DNA of 64,000 nucleotides from IMG/VR virus record IMGVR_UViG_3300009540_000001, positions 64,001-128,000 of that record; one strand, given 5' to 3'. Below, piece after piece: positions 17,999 through 27,082 of this stretch. Position 1 is the stretch's first letter, and each line of letters opens with the position of its first letter. Made by a program: the position numbers and the translations under genes. This DNA comes from a virus. Its lineage: Duplodnaviria; Caudoviricetes. Below the pieces are notes generated by a model. That model saw only the letters and a list, made by a program, of their open reading frames with translations. It was not told where the DNA came from and did no database searches.

Positions 17999-19704
17999 AC
18001 AGGTATCAACGACGCTACTTGGCGAAGTCTGCTGCCGCTGCCGCCTTTTCTCGGCATCTTGTCGATGCTGCGCGCTCGGCGCAGCACGCGCCCGTGGCGG
18101 TTGCCGGGGTGAACCGGGTTGCCCAAACGGCGCCTCAGAAGGTCGTGAGCGGGGTGAACAGGGCGGCCCAAACGGCGCCTCAGAAGGCCGTGAGCGGCGT
18201 GATGGCGAGCCCCGTCGCACGCCCTCCTGGGACGCCCCCGACGGCGGCCCAAACAGCGGGCCCGGGGCCTGTGATGCAAAGAGACTTGGGGGACTTCTCG
18301 AAGAAGAAGCTGCTCTGGGAGGCCCACGAGCGCGCGGCCCTGCGTCAGGCTGCGCCGAGCGCGCCGGTTCTCCCCGGCGGGAAGATGGCCCCCGGTACCG
18401 CGATCGACCTGACTAAAGCGGGGCACGCGCTCGATTCGCTGTGGGCGAAGTACGCGGCGTGGCAACGGACGGGAAACAACGTCAAGTCGTGGGTTCCTGA
18501 CGCGCCGCAAGCCGCTGCGCCGCAAGCCGCTGCGCCCGTCGCGACGCCCCCGGAAGGTGCCACCGCCGGGGCTCGTCCACACTCGCGCGACCAGATGTTC
18601 CAGAACGTAGGTGGCGTCAGCGCACAGGCGCCGGGGAGCGTTCCGCGTCCCGCTGCGCAACCGCCGCCTGTGCCGATGCAGGCGCACGTTCGAGACTGGC
18701 AGCCCCCGACCATCCAGGCGGGGACCCACGTACCGAACGCGCCCGCCGCGCCGCGCATCGACCCGAGGGTATCCGCGCACGACGCAGCGGAGGCGCAAGG
18801 CACACACAGCGCGAACAACGCCCACCAGATGCAGGCTGCGTCCGCGCAACATGCAGCGGCCGAAGCGCACGGCGCACGGCAGATGGGCAACAGCGCCATG
18901 GCGGCGCATCAGGGTGCCGGCTACCAAAGCATGGGGCATGGCGTTCAAGGCGCGGTGTCGGGCATCGGGCATGCCGACCAAGCCAGGCGCAGCGCGGAGA
19001 TGAACGCCGCGCTCCGCGCTCCGTCGGCTGCGGCAGCGCACTCCGCAGCTGAGCGCGCGGGGCAGGCCGCGCACGCCGTAAAGCCGGGCTTCCTCTCCCG
19101 CAACAAAGGCCGCCTCGGCCTCGCCGCTGGCGGCGCCGCACTCCTCGGCCTCGGGGCCTACGGCGCAAGCCGTGCCGCAGGCGAGCAAGACGTGAGAATC
19201 CGGGACTACATGCAGAACGCACAGCAGAACGCCGGAACGCCGTTGCCGCCGATGGCGGTGCATGCCTCGTACGACGACTTCGCGGAGCGCGCGAAGCTCG
19301 GCGAGTTGCAGCCCATGTACCCCACCGTCCAAGGGGCGCTGGCGAACTCCATGGCGACGCAGCTCGCCACCAAGTTCATCGGCGAGCCGATCGACGCGGC
19401 GCACAAGGCGTTGAAGAAGAAGTTCTACGACGAGCCCAAGCAGCAGCAGGCCTTCGACGAGGCGGTCCAGGGTGACGACATGCTGCGCGAGGCGCACACG
19501 TCGAACCCCGCGCACCTCACCGACGCGTTCTCGACGTTGAAGAAGTTCGCGCCGTCGATGGCGTCTCACCCGCAAGCGACGCGCAGCTTCTTGCGTCAGG
19601 CGCACATGGCGGGTACGCACGGTAGCGGGATGGACTTCGCCACGATCCGCATGCTGGCGGAGACGGAGAAGTTCGTGCAGAACTCGAAAGGCGTCGGACG
19701 ATGA
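17995..19704 (+). CDS. Low-complexity Ala/Pro/Gln/His-rich protein with a Gly-rich TM segment
   Basis: GTG start overlapping the upstream TGA; GLAAGGAALLGLGAYGA. Confidence 0.7.
   Translation: MNRYQRRYLAKSAAAAAFSRHLVDAARSAQHAPVAVAGVNRVAQTAPQKVVSGVNRAAQTAPQKAVSGVMASPVARPPGTPPTAAQTAGPGPVMQRDLGDFSKKKLLWEAHERAALRQAAPSAPVLPGGKMAPGTAIDLTKAGHALDSLWAKYAAWQRTGNNVKSWVPDAPQAAAPQAAAPVATPPEGATAGARPHSRDQMFQNVGGVSAQAPGSVPRPAAQPPPVPMQAHVRDWQPPTIQAGTHVPNAPAAPRIDPRVSAHDAAEAQGTHSANNAHQMQAASAQHAAAEAHGARQMGNSAMAAHQGAGYQSMGHGVQGAVSGIGHADQARRSAEMNAALRAPSAAAAHSAAERAGQAAHAVKPGFLSRNKGRLGLAAGGAALLGLGAYGASRAAGEQDVRIRDYMQNAQQNAGTPLPPMAVHASYDDFAERAKLGELQPMYPTVQGALANSMATQLATKFIGEPIDAAHKALKKKFYDEPKQQQAFDEAVQGDDMLREAHTSNPAHLTDAFSTLKKFAPSMASHPQATRSFLRQAHMAGTHGSGMDFATIRMLAETEKFVQNSKGVGR
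18106..18195 (+). repeat. Tandem 2 x 45-bp intragenic repeat (GVNRxAQTAPQKxVS)
   Basis: ggggtgaac...gcccaaacggcgcctcagaagg.cgtgagc occurs twice. Confidence 0.85.
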
Positions 19705-19937
19705 ACATCCCCTCCTACTCGATCTCCAACAACCTCCGCACCGCCCTGGTCGTGCAAGGTCGCGCGAAGCTCGCGCACCAGGTCTTGTACCTTCAGGGCG
19801 AGTTCCCGCCCGCAGACACCTCGGTGAACGCGGCGGGTCGTGCCTTGTGCATGAAGCTGGCGGTCGACCTCGTGAACCACATCCAGGTGATGGATGGGGT
19901 CGCGGCGTACAAGAGCCTGAAGCGGGAAGGGACCTGA
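19701..19937 (+). CDS. Small hypothetical protein
   Basis: ATGA-coupled; KLA motifs. Confidence 0.65.
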   Translation: MNIPSYSISNNLRTALVVQGRAKLAHQVLYLQGEFPPADTSVNAAGRALCMKLAVDLVNHIQVMDGVAAYKSLKREGT

Positions 19938-19938
19938 G

Positions 19939-20793
19939 ATGCGCCCCCTCGACACCTGGAACGCCGTCAAGCGCGCCGCCGCACAAGACGAAGACCTCGG
20001 CACCGGCCTCGCGAAGATCGCCCTGGCGCTGTGGGCGTCGCACGACGCGCACACGAAGGTCGGCCATGATCAGGCCACCCGCGAAGCGTTCGTCGCGAGC
20101 GTCGTCGGCGCCGCCGTCGTCGACGCGCAGATCGAGAAGCTCGCGCTCGACCGCAGCGACAAAGCGTTCCTGCTGAACTTGAACGCCGTCGCGGCGCTCG
20201 AAGACCTCTCGCAGTTCACGAAGTCCTCCGGCATGCTCGACTTCCTCGCGAAGCACCCTGCCGCCGTCGGAGCCGTGATTGGCGGCGCGGGCGGCGCGGG
20301 CTTCGGGGCGTACGCCGACGACGAGAACCGCCTGAGAGGCGCGGTGCGCTTCGGTGTGCCCGGCGCGATTGGCGGGGCGCTCGTGGGTCACGGCGTGCAC
20401 CAGATGAAGGCGGAGAACGCGGAGAAGGAGCTGATCAAGACGCGCGACGCAGCTAAAGCGACGCGCGACGAAGAAGCGCACGCGCTCGCCAAGGCCCGAG
20501 CAGCACGGGACGGCCAAGCGCACGGGACGCATCAAGCCCACACGCAAGCGCAGACGACGGGGCAAGAAGCGTACACGCGGCGGGAAGAGGAGCTGCACCA
20601 GCTCGAGCTCAAGCGCCGAGAGGCGCAAGTGAAACAAGAGCAGGCTAAGGCTGACGACATCAAGATGCGGGCGGAAGTCTGGCGGACGAACAACCTGAAG
20701 CCGCCCCCGCCCCCGCCACCGCCGCCTCCGCCGGCGGCGCCCACGGCTGGATCGAAACTCCAGTCGCTCCAGGGCGCGCTCTCTACGCCGTAA
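19939..20793 (+). CDS. Glycine-zipper plus coiled-coil protein with a poly-Pro tail
   Basis: AVGAVIGGAGGAGFGA, GVPGAIGGALVG, and a PPPPPPPPPPP run. Confidence 0.75.
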   Translation: MRPLDTWNAVKRAAAQDEDLGTGLAKIALALWASHDAHTKVGHDQATREAFVASVVGAAVVDAQIEKLALDRSDKAFLLNLNAVAALEDLSQFTKSSGMLDFLAKHPAAVGAVIGGAGGAGFGAYADDENRLRGAVRFGVPGAIGGALVGHGVHQMKAENAEKELIKTRDAAKATRDEEAHALAKARAARDGQAHGTHQAHTQAQTTGQEAYTRREEELHQLELKRREAQVKQEQAKADDIKMRAEVWRTNNLKPPPPPPPPPPPAAPTAGSKLQSLQGALSTP

Positions 20794-20826
20794 AGACCCG
20801 CTCACGACTCATAGGTAAGGTTCTAC

Positions 20827-23805
20827 GTGGAGAAGCTCCTCGAACTCGACTCCCACTTCCCCAAGACGGGGGAGCCGACCGTCTCTCTCGTCGCCTGGGG
20901 TGACGGGCGCGGCGGGCTCACGCTCGAGAAGCGTGCGTTCGCGGAGAGCCGCTCTCCGATGTACGACTTCCTGAAGACCGTGCAGCCCGAGGCCGGGTGC
21001 TCGTTCATCCTCGTGAACGCCCTCGGCGCGTACGAGTACTACGACGACAACCGCAACGGCGACGGCTTCCCAGCGCGCCCCTTCAAGGTCGGCGAGCTCG
21101 CGACGTGCGGGCACCCCGAGTGCTCGAAGTCCCTCGACGGGTGGATCTCGGACGAGGAGACGCTCGTGCGTCACTTCAAGACGTTCGAGAAGCACGGGAA
21201 CATCTACCGGAACCACAAGAACTCGGACCCGTCGACGTCGCTCGGCTACATCCAGAAGGCCATCTGGAACGACCGGATGCACCGGGTCGAGCTGCTGCTC
21301 AAAGTCGTGAACGACCGGGCGCCGGACCTCGCGGAGCGTATTGCGTCGCACGACTCGATCCCAGTTTCGATGGGCTGCTTGGGGGTAGGTACCCCCATCA
21401 CGCTGGCTGATGGACGGCGTAAGGTCGTCGAAGATGTTGTCGTGGGCGACCGCGTACGAACACACTTGGGCAACGCGCAACGTGTGTTCGAGTTGCACCG
21501 TCGGACCTACGTCGGCGTGGTGCACACCATCAAGCCCGAGGGCGGGCCTCCGCTCACGGTCACGCACGAGCACCCATTCTTTGTTGCCAAGTTCCACGAC
21601 GTCAAACGGCGCCATGGGAAGAAGGAACGACCGTGGCTGGATGATGCTTGCGTCAACGGCGTATGGAAGTTGGCTAATGAACTCGACGCGGACAGACACC
21701 TACTGCTGCAACCGATCGACCGGACGGTTGAGACACCGGAAGAAATCACGCTGCCTCTCGCGAGGCTCCTCGGCTATTACCTAGCCGAAGGGAGCTTGCT
21801 CCGCGATGAGAACGGCCTGCATCTGGGCATCGACCTCAACTGCCACCAGGACGACGAACTGCTGAAAGAGCTCCCGTCACTGATCGAAGCGTTGCACTTG
21901 CCGGAGCCGTACATCTCCGTGCGTTCGCACAGCGCTTGCGCACGTAGCGTCCGTGTCTACTCGCAACACTTGGCCCTCCTGTGCCGCGACTTGATGGGCG
22001 TCTACTCCAAGAAGAAGTTCCTCGACGCGTCCGTCATGCTGTGGGCACCAGAACTCCAACGTGCGCTCTTCGGCGCCTACGCCAACGGTGACGGCTGCGG
22101 TAACAAGAACGGCAGCCTCCAGATCTCGACGAGCTCGGAAGAGCTGGCGACGCAGCTGCTCTCGTTGCTTCCGCGCTTCGGGGTACTCGCGAGCCATCAA
22201 GTGCTCGAGCACAAGCCCAACAAGCTCGTGAAGATCCCGACGACGGAGCACGTCGTCTACATTGGCAAGCAGTGGGCGCAGGGTCTTCGCGACGTATGCG
22301 CGAAGATCAAGACCTCCGAGGTCAAAGCGAAAAAAGAAGTTCGCAAGATCATCGGGGACTATATTGTCATCCCAATCCGTAACATCGACCGTACGGCCGG
22401 CTCCATGCCGGTCTACAACTTCGAAGTCGAAGAAGACAACAGCTACGTGGCGGGCGGCGTCGCCGTTCACAACTGCCATGTCCGCTGGGACGTCTGCACC
22501 ATCTGCGGCCACCGCGCCCCGACGCGCGCGCAGTACTGCGAGCACGCGCTGCGTTCGCTCCGTCAGGTGCTCCCCGACGGGCGCAAGGTCTCGGTGCTGA
22601 ACCCCTCTCCCAAGTTCTTCGACATCTCCTTCGTCTTCCGCCCGGCGGACCCGACGGGCTGGATGCTGAAGAAGGTGGCGGACGTGTCCCACGGCCGACC
22701 CTCGGCCGAGCTCGGCGAGCGCGTCGCCGCGTATCGCTCCCGGGCCTTGGAACTCCGCACCAACACCCAGAAGGTCGCCTCCGACCTCGCGGGCCCCTAC
22801 GGACGTGTCGCCGCCGACGTCGTCTCCGAATGGCCGGCGCTCGAGGGCCAGGCGCTCGACACGCTCGCGAAGCTCGGCTCGCTCTCCGACACGCTCTCGA
22901 CGCTCACCGCCGTGGGCGTCGTACTGAGCAACGCGGAGGTCACGCAGCTGATGGCGAAGAAGGCGGGGATCCCCTGCCCGCCGTCGGACCTCGACCGCCT
23001 CTCGGCCCTTCAGCCCGCGCTCGAGGAAGTCCTTACCCGCTACCCCTCAGCCGCCGCGAAGCTCGCCGAGCTCGTGGACTTCCGTCTTGACGGCGTAAAG
23101 CCCCAACGTCTCGCCGCCATCACGGACTGGGTCGAGAAGCGCGGCGGCTACGCGGACTACGCCCGCACGGTCGCCTACGCGCCCTCCGACACCTTCCAGC
23201 TGCCCTTCGGACCGGGCGCGTCGTACCGGGCATATCAGCCCGGTCGCACCGAGCTTCTGACGATGACCGACCCGAGCACCGGGCAGCAGTACCAGACGAC
23301 GCGCGGCGCTGCGCAAGACGCAGGGAACGAGAAGAGCCGCAGCCAGCTCGCGGGTACCGCGCTGCTCGGCGCCATGTACGCCGGCGGGCTGCGCGCGGCG
23401 CTCGGGCGTCGCGCGGGCCTGTGGACGATCCCTGTCGGGCTCGCCGCCGGGTGGGCGACGACCAAGGCGATCAAGGACAACTTCCCGGCGTTCCGGCACC
23501 CGACGTACATGACCGACCAGGGGATCCCGGTGTCAGGTGGGACAGAGTTCAACAAGGTCTCTGCGTTCGAGCGCCCCACACCGGCAGACGTCGTGCACAA
23601 GGCGGCACTCGACGAACGCCCCTTGGCGAAAATCGCCTCGCACTCCCCGAACTTCTCGTCGTGGCTCGCTTCGACTTCCCTTTCGGAGAAGGTCGCGGCT
23701 ATCGTTGCGGGTGCCGAGACGGACGCTCACGACGTCGGCGCCCCGCCCGAGCTGGACCTCGCCGTCGTCGTCCACAACGTCTGCCACATCGTGTGGGCCG
23801 ACTAA
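20827..23805 (+). CDS. Probable prohead (maturation) serine protease containing an intein, with a long C-terminal extension
   Basis: IYRNHKN (His) and PVSMG/C (nucleophile-like Ser motif of HK97/assemblin-type proteases); CTICG..YCEH Zn motif; lies upstream of scaffold-like and capsid genes. Confidence 0.65.
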   Translation: MEKLLELDSHFPKTGEPTVSLVAWGDGRGGLTLEKRAFAESRSPMYDFLKTVQPEAGCSFILVNALGAYEYYDDNRNGDGFPARPFKVGELATCGHPECSKSLDGWISDEETLVRHFKTFEKHGNIYRNHKNSDPSTSLGYIQKAIWNDRMHRVELLLKVVNDRAPDLAERIASHDSIPVSMGCLGVGTPITLADGRRKVVEDVVVGDRVRTHLGNAQRVFELHRRTYVGVVHTIKPEGGPPLTVTHEHPFFVAKFHDVKRRHGKKERPWLDDACVNGVWKLANELDADRHLLLQPIDRTVETPEEITLPLARLLGYYLAEGSLLRDENGLHLGIDLNCHQDDELLKELPSLIEALHLPEPYISVRSHSACARSVRVYSQHLALLCRDLMGVYSKKKFLDASVMLWAPELQRALFGAYANGDGCGNKNGSLQISTSSEELATQLLSLLPRFGVLASHQVLEHKPNKLVKIPTTEHVVYIGKQWAQGLRDVCAKIKTSEVKAKKEVRKIIGDYIVIPIRNIDRTAGSMPVYNFEVEEDNSYVAGGVAVHNCHVRWDVCTICGHRAPTRAQYCEHALRSLRQVLPDGRKVSVLNPSPKFFDISFVFRPADPTGWMLKKVADVSHGRPSAELGERVAAYRSRALELRTNTQKVASDLAGPYGRVAADVVSEWPALEGQALDTLAKLGSLSDTLSTLTAVGVVLSNAEVTQLMAKKAGIPCPPSDLDRLSALQPALEEVLTRYPSAAAKLAELVDFRLDGVKPQRLAAITDWVEKRGGYADYARTVAYAPSDTFQLPFGPGASYRAYQPGRTELLTMTDPSTGQQYQTTRGAAQDAGNEKSRSQLAGTALLGAMYAGGLRAALGRRAGLWTIPVGLAAGWATTKAIKDNFPAFRHPTYMTDQGIPVSGGTEFNKVSAFERPTPADVVHKAALDERPLAKIASHSPNFSSWLASTSLSEKVAAIVAGAETDAHDVGAPPELDLAVVVHNVCHIVWAD
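21376..22473 (+). mobile_element. Intein (366 aa) with LAGLIDADG homing endonuclease
   Basis: N-terminal CLGVGTPITLADG, block B VTHEHPF, LLGYYLAEG and LFGAYANGDG, C-terminal VYNFEVEEDNSYVAGGVAVHN followed by Cys+1. Confidence 0.95.
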
Positions 23806-23823
23806 TCTACTCCCAGGAGTCCC

Positions 23824-24372
23824 ATGAACCTCGACAGCGTCCTGAAGAACCTCGACACGACCCTCGCCCCCGCCGCCGAGAAGACGGCCAGCGAGCGAGC
23901 CCCGACCACCCGCGCGAGCTCGCTCGTCGACGACGCCGTGCGCTCGGTGACGACGCGCTCGAAGACCGCCTCGGCTTCGGCCCCGGTCGAAGGCGCGCTC
24001 GACAAGCTCGCCGCGCACATGGCGAGCCAGTCGGCAGACGGCGCGGCGAAGGTCGCGCACACCATCGGGCAGGCCATGGCGGACGGCTTCGTCTCGCAGA
24101 TGTCGGTCTACGAGAACGCGGCCGAGCAGCTCAACGCGAAGACCGCGTCGGAGATCGACCCCGACCTGCTCAAGATCGCTGCCTTCGCGAAAGAAGACCC
24201 GCGCGGCTTCATGGCGTGGGCCTCGAAGCAAGCGGGCTCGGACGACGCGATCGTCAAGCAGGCCGAGATGGAGGCCGCTGAAGAGCTCGAGGCCGCGACC
24301 TTCAAGGGCGCCGCCGCTCACTGGGACGCCGGGTACGAGGTCGGCGCGCTGATGGGCTCGTCCAGGGAATGA
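23824..24372 (+). CDS. Probable scaffold/internal head protein rich in KTAS/KxA
   Basis: AGGAG RBS; EKTAS, SKTAS, DKLAA, AKVAH, AKTAS, LKIAA, SKQA, VKQA. Confidence 0.75.
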   Translation: MNLDSVLKNLDTTLAPAAEKTASERAPTTRASSLVDDAVRSVTTRSKTASASAPVEGALDKLAAHMASQSADGAAKVAHTIGQAMADGFVSQMSVYENAAEQLNAKTASEIDPDLLKIAAFAKEDPRGFMAWASKQAGSDDAIVKQAEMEAAEELEAATFKGAAAHWDAGYEVGALMGSSRE

Positions 24373-24557
24373 ACCGGGCGCGCGAGCACAAGCTGATCGA
24401 GTTGCACGCCGCGATGCGCAAGGTCGCGTTCGCGGCGGTCACTCCCGAGGTCGAGAAGACCTTCGGAGAGCTGCGCGAGCAGCTCGGATCGGCGAAGCAC
24501 GCCTTCGAACTCAGCGCCCTCGACCCAACCTTCCTGCGCCACCTGACGACGGAGTAG
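24369..24557 (+). CDS. Small hypothetical protein
   Basis: ATGA-coupled; RKVA, AKHA. Confidence 0.6.
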   Translation: MNRAREHKLIELHAAMRKVAFAAVTPEVEKTFGELREQLGSAKHAFELSALDPTFLRHLTTE

Positions 24558-24561
24558 AGCA

Positions 24562-24891
24562 ATGCCCAGCTTGGACGACGCGCTCTTCGACCTCTCCCTG
24601 CGCCCGCAAGGTCGCTCGAAGAGCGCCGAGCTGCGCGACCTCGCTGGCGCGCTCAGCCGCGCGCAGCAAGAGCCCGTGACCTTCGAGGACCTGTACGCCG
24701 TAAAGACGGCCGGCGAGGCACCCGAAGCTCCGAGCGGCGACGACGCCCTTCCCGGCGCTCCGCTACGCAAGCTCGCACACGCCGTACGCGTTGCCGAACA
24801 CACCCTCGAGACTGAACGTCTCGAGAAGGTGGCCACCCTCCGACGCGCCGTTCGCGGCCTTACCCTTCTGAACGAGCGAGTGAGCAAGTGA
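24562..24891 (+). CDS. Hypothetical head-associated protein
   Basis: KSA, KTA, KLA, KVA motifs. Confidence 0.7.
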   Translation: MPSLDDALFDLSLRPQGRSKSAELRDLAGALSRAQQEPVTFEDLYAVKTAGEAPEAPSGDDALPGAPLRKLAHAVRVAEHTLETERLEKVATLRRAVRGLTLLNERVSK

Positions 24892-25238
24892 GCAACCCCT
24901 TCTCCAAGATCGCCTCGGCCCTCGAAGCCCTCGCGGACGAGATCGACCACGGTCCGTCCGTGGCGCCCGCGCCGGCGATCGAAGCCCCCAAGGCGTTCGA
25001 CAAGACGGCGGCCCTGAACGTCCTTCAAGACCTCGGGGTCGAAGCAGACTCGCTGCTCGAGCATCCGGCAGCGCTCGCGCTGCTCGAGAAAGTAGCTCGC
25101 TCGCGTGTCGCACCCGAACCGCTCGGTGAGCCGAGCGACTATCGAGGCTCGAGCCCGCCGGCGCCGCGCAACAAGGCGGAAGCCGTCAAGCTCGCCTACG
25201 ACGCGTTCGCAGACGGCATCATGAGCGACGCGGACTGA
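24888..25238 (+). CDS. Hypothetical scaffold-like protein
   Basis: SKIAS, DKTAA, EKVA, VKLA; lies immediately before the capsid operon. Confidence 0.7.
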   Translation: MSNPFSKIASALEALADEIDHGPSVAPAPAIEAPKAFDKTAALNVLQDLGVEADSLLEHPAALALLEKVARSRVAPEPLGEPSDYRGSSPPAPRNKAEAVKLAYDAFADGIMSDAD

Positions 25239-25278
25239 CCGCTCGGCCCCCTACACTAACGATCGAGGAAACTGATCC

Positions 25279-25797
25279 ATGCAGCTCAACAGCAAGTACG
25301 ACCTGATCTCCGCGACCCCGATCGTTGGTGGGCACGCCTGCCTGGCGATCTCCGACGTCCTGGCCCAGGAGGCGTTCGCCGCCTTCGAAGCGGGCTCGGG
25401 CGTGGGCACGCCGGATTCCGAAGGCTCGCCGGTTCCTGGCACACTGCTCCCGGGGCAGGTCGTGACCATGAACACGAGCGGCTACTGGGAGCTGGCGACC
25501 TCGCCGACCCTCGGCACCCCCTCGCTCCCGATCCTCATGGGCGTCATGCACGACGGCGACGAGGACTTCGACGGCGCCGCCACCGGCAAGCCCGTCGTCC
25601 TCATCGGACCGTGCGAGATCCTCACCCCGCACTACACGGGCGGCTCGTTTCCGCCCGGTTCGCAGGTGACCGTCTCCGCCGGTCTCTTCGTCCTGAAGTC
25701 CGTCGCCGCGTCGACCGTTCAGGCCGTCGGCCGCGTGGGCAACCGGGGCCTCAACAGCGCGACGGGCGTCCTGCACGTCATGTTCGGCGTCCCCTGA
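25279..25797 (+). CDS. Probable head decoration/cement protein
   Basis: Beta-rich 172-aa protein directly upstream of the MCP; PGSQVTVSAG, AVGRV pattern. Confidence 0.55.
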   Translation: MQLNSKYDLISATPIVGGHACLAISDVLAQEAFAAFEAGSGVGTPDSEGSPVPGTLLPGQVVTMNTSGYWELATSPTLGTPSLPILMGVMHDGDEDFDGAATGKPVVLIGPCEILTPHYTGGSFPPGSQVTVSAGLFVLKSVAASTVQAVGRVGNRGLNSATGVLHVMFGVP

Positions 25798-25849
25798 ACG
25801 CAACCTGAACGACGCGACCCCCTAGAAACGCTCAAGGAGACCCGACAAG

Positions 25850-26770
25850 ATGTCTTACCAGACGGAAACCACGCAGCAGCAAGCGACGCTGCTGAACCAG
25901 CGCTTCATCAGCATGCTCGAGGCAGGGCAGACGAAGCAGGCCGAAGACCAGGGCACGGCGTTCATTCGCTCGATCGTCCGCCAGGAGTGCGCCGCGCGCC
26001 TGGTGATCGTGCCGCAAGGCCTGACGAACGACGAGCTCGATCGCGACGTGAACAGCGATCTGCCCCGCAAGATCGTCGAGAAGGAGCCCGACTCCTCGGC
26101 GACGTACGTGCAGTTCGACGGCACCCCGCGCGCCCGCTGGTTCCGGGGCAAGCGCTACGTGGTCTACTTCGGTAAGACCCAGAGCGACATGTTCGTCAAG
26201 AGCAAGTTCAAGCTCATGACGTACCAGAACGACATCCGCAAGATCCTCGCTGACAACAGCGTGAAGGACCTCGCGGACCAGGAAGACATCCTCTTCCGCC
26301 GCACATGCCTCACGCTCGTGAACCGCAACGCCGCCGTGCAGCGCACCCAGATGCCGGCCTTCACGAACGCCGCGTTCGTCAAGGCGTTCCAGGCGATGGA
26401 CAAGCGCCGCCGCCCCATCGGCAAGATGCTGATGACCAACGCCCTGTACCGCGAGGCGATGAACCTCCCGGCGACCCAGGTCGGCTCGGACATCGCGAAG
26501 CGCCACTACATGGAGGGCGCCGACAAGGAGTCGATGCTCTGGGGCATCCCCGCCATTCAGACGGCGAAGACCGACATCTACAACCCCGAGGAGTGCTGGG
26601 TGTTCTCGCCGCAGAACTTCCTCGGCAACTTCTTCCTCCTGCAAGACGCCACGCTCTTCATCGAGCAGCGCGCCGACATCATCACGTTCTTCTCGTACGC
26701 CGCGCCGGGCATCGGCATCGGCAACAGCGAGTCGATGCAGCAGCTGGTCTTCGGCTCCGTCCCGACGTGA
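25850..26770 (+). CDS. Major capsid protein (HK97 fold)
   Basis: AAGGAG RBS, strong codon bias, size and position after protease/scaffold/decoration genes; DIRKILADNSVKDLADQEDILF spine-helix-like segment; TKQA near residue 30. Confidence 0.75.
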   Translation: MSYQTETTQQQATLLNQRFISMLEAGQTKQAEDQGTAFIRSIVRQECAARLVIVPQGLTNDELDRDVNSDLPRKIVEKEPDSSATYVQFDGTPRARWFRGKRYVVYFGKTQSDMFVKSKFKLMTYQNDIRKILADNSVKDLADQEDILFRRTCLTLVNRNAAVQRTQMPAFTNAAFVKAFQAMDKRRRPIGKMLMTNALYREAMNLPATQVGSDIAKRHYMEGADKESMLWGIPAIQTAKTDIYNPEECWVFSPQNFLGNFFLLQDATLFIEQRADIITFFSYAAPGIGIGNSESMQQLVFGSVPT

Positions 26771-26812
26771 TCTGACTGACAGACTTAGTGCCGTAGCGTC
26801 TATGCTAGACGC

Positions 26813-27082
26813 ATGCGCTACGCACTGAGCCCGGCGACCCTCCGGGACTACGACGAGGCTCTCTCCCTGCGTAAACACGCAGCGGAGGGCGCCTCGTCGG
26901 CCGTTGTGAGTCCTACGGCTCCGTCCCCGCCCACTCCCACGACGTACAAGGCGCAGAAGCCCCCTCCGCAGCCCGGGGACTACAAGGCGCCCTTCTTGGA
27001 CAACTCGGGCCTCGCGGCCCAAGCGTCGTCCGCGACGCTCTTCCAGGAGGGCAAGGAGAAGTCCATGCCGGTGACGCGGTGA
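26813..27082 (+). CDS. Small Pro-rich hypothetical protein
   Basis: TATGCT box 6 nt before ATG. Confidence 0.6.
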   Translation: MRYALSPATLRDYDEALSLRKHAAEGASSAVVSPTAPSPPTPTTYKAQKPPPQPGDYKAPFLDNSGLAAQASSATLFQEGKEKSMPVTR

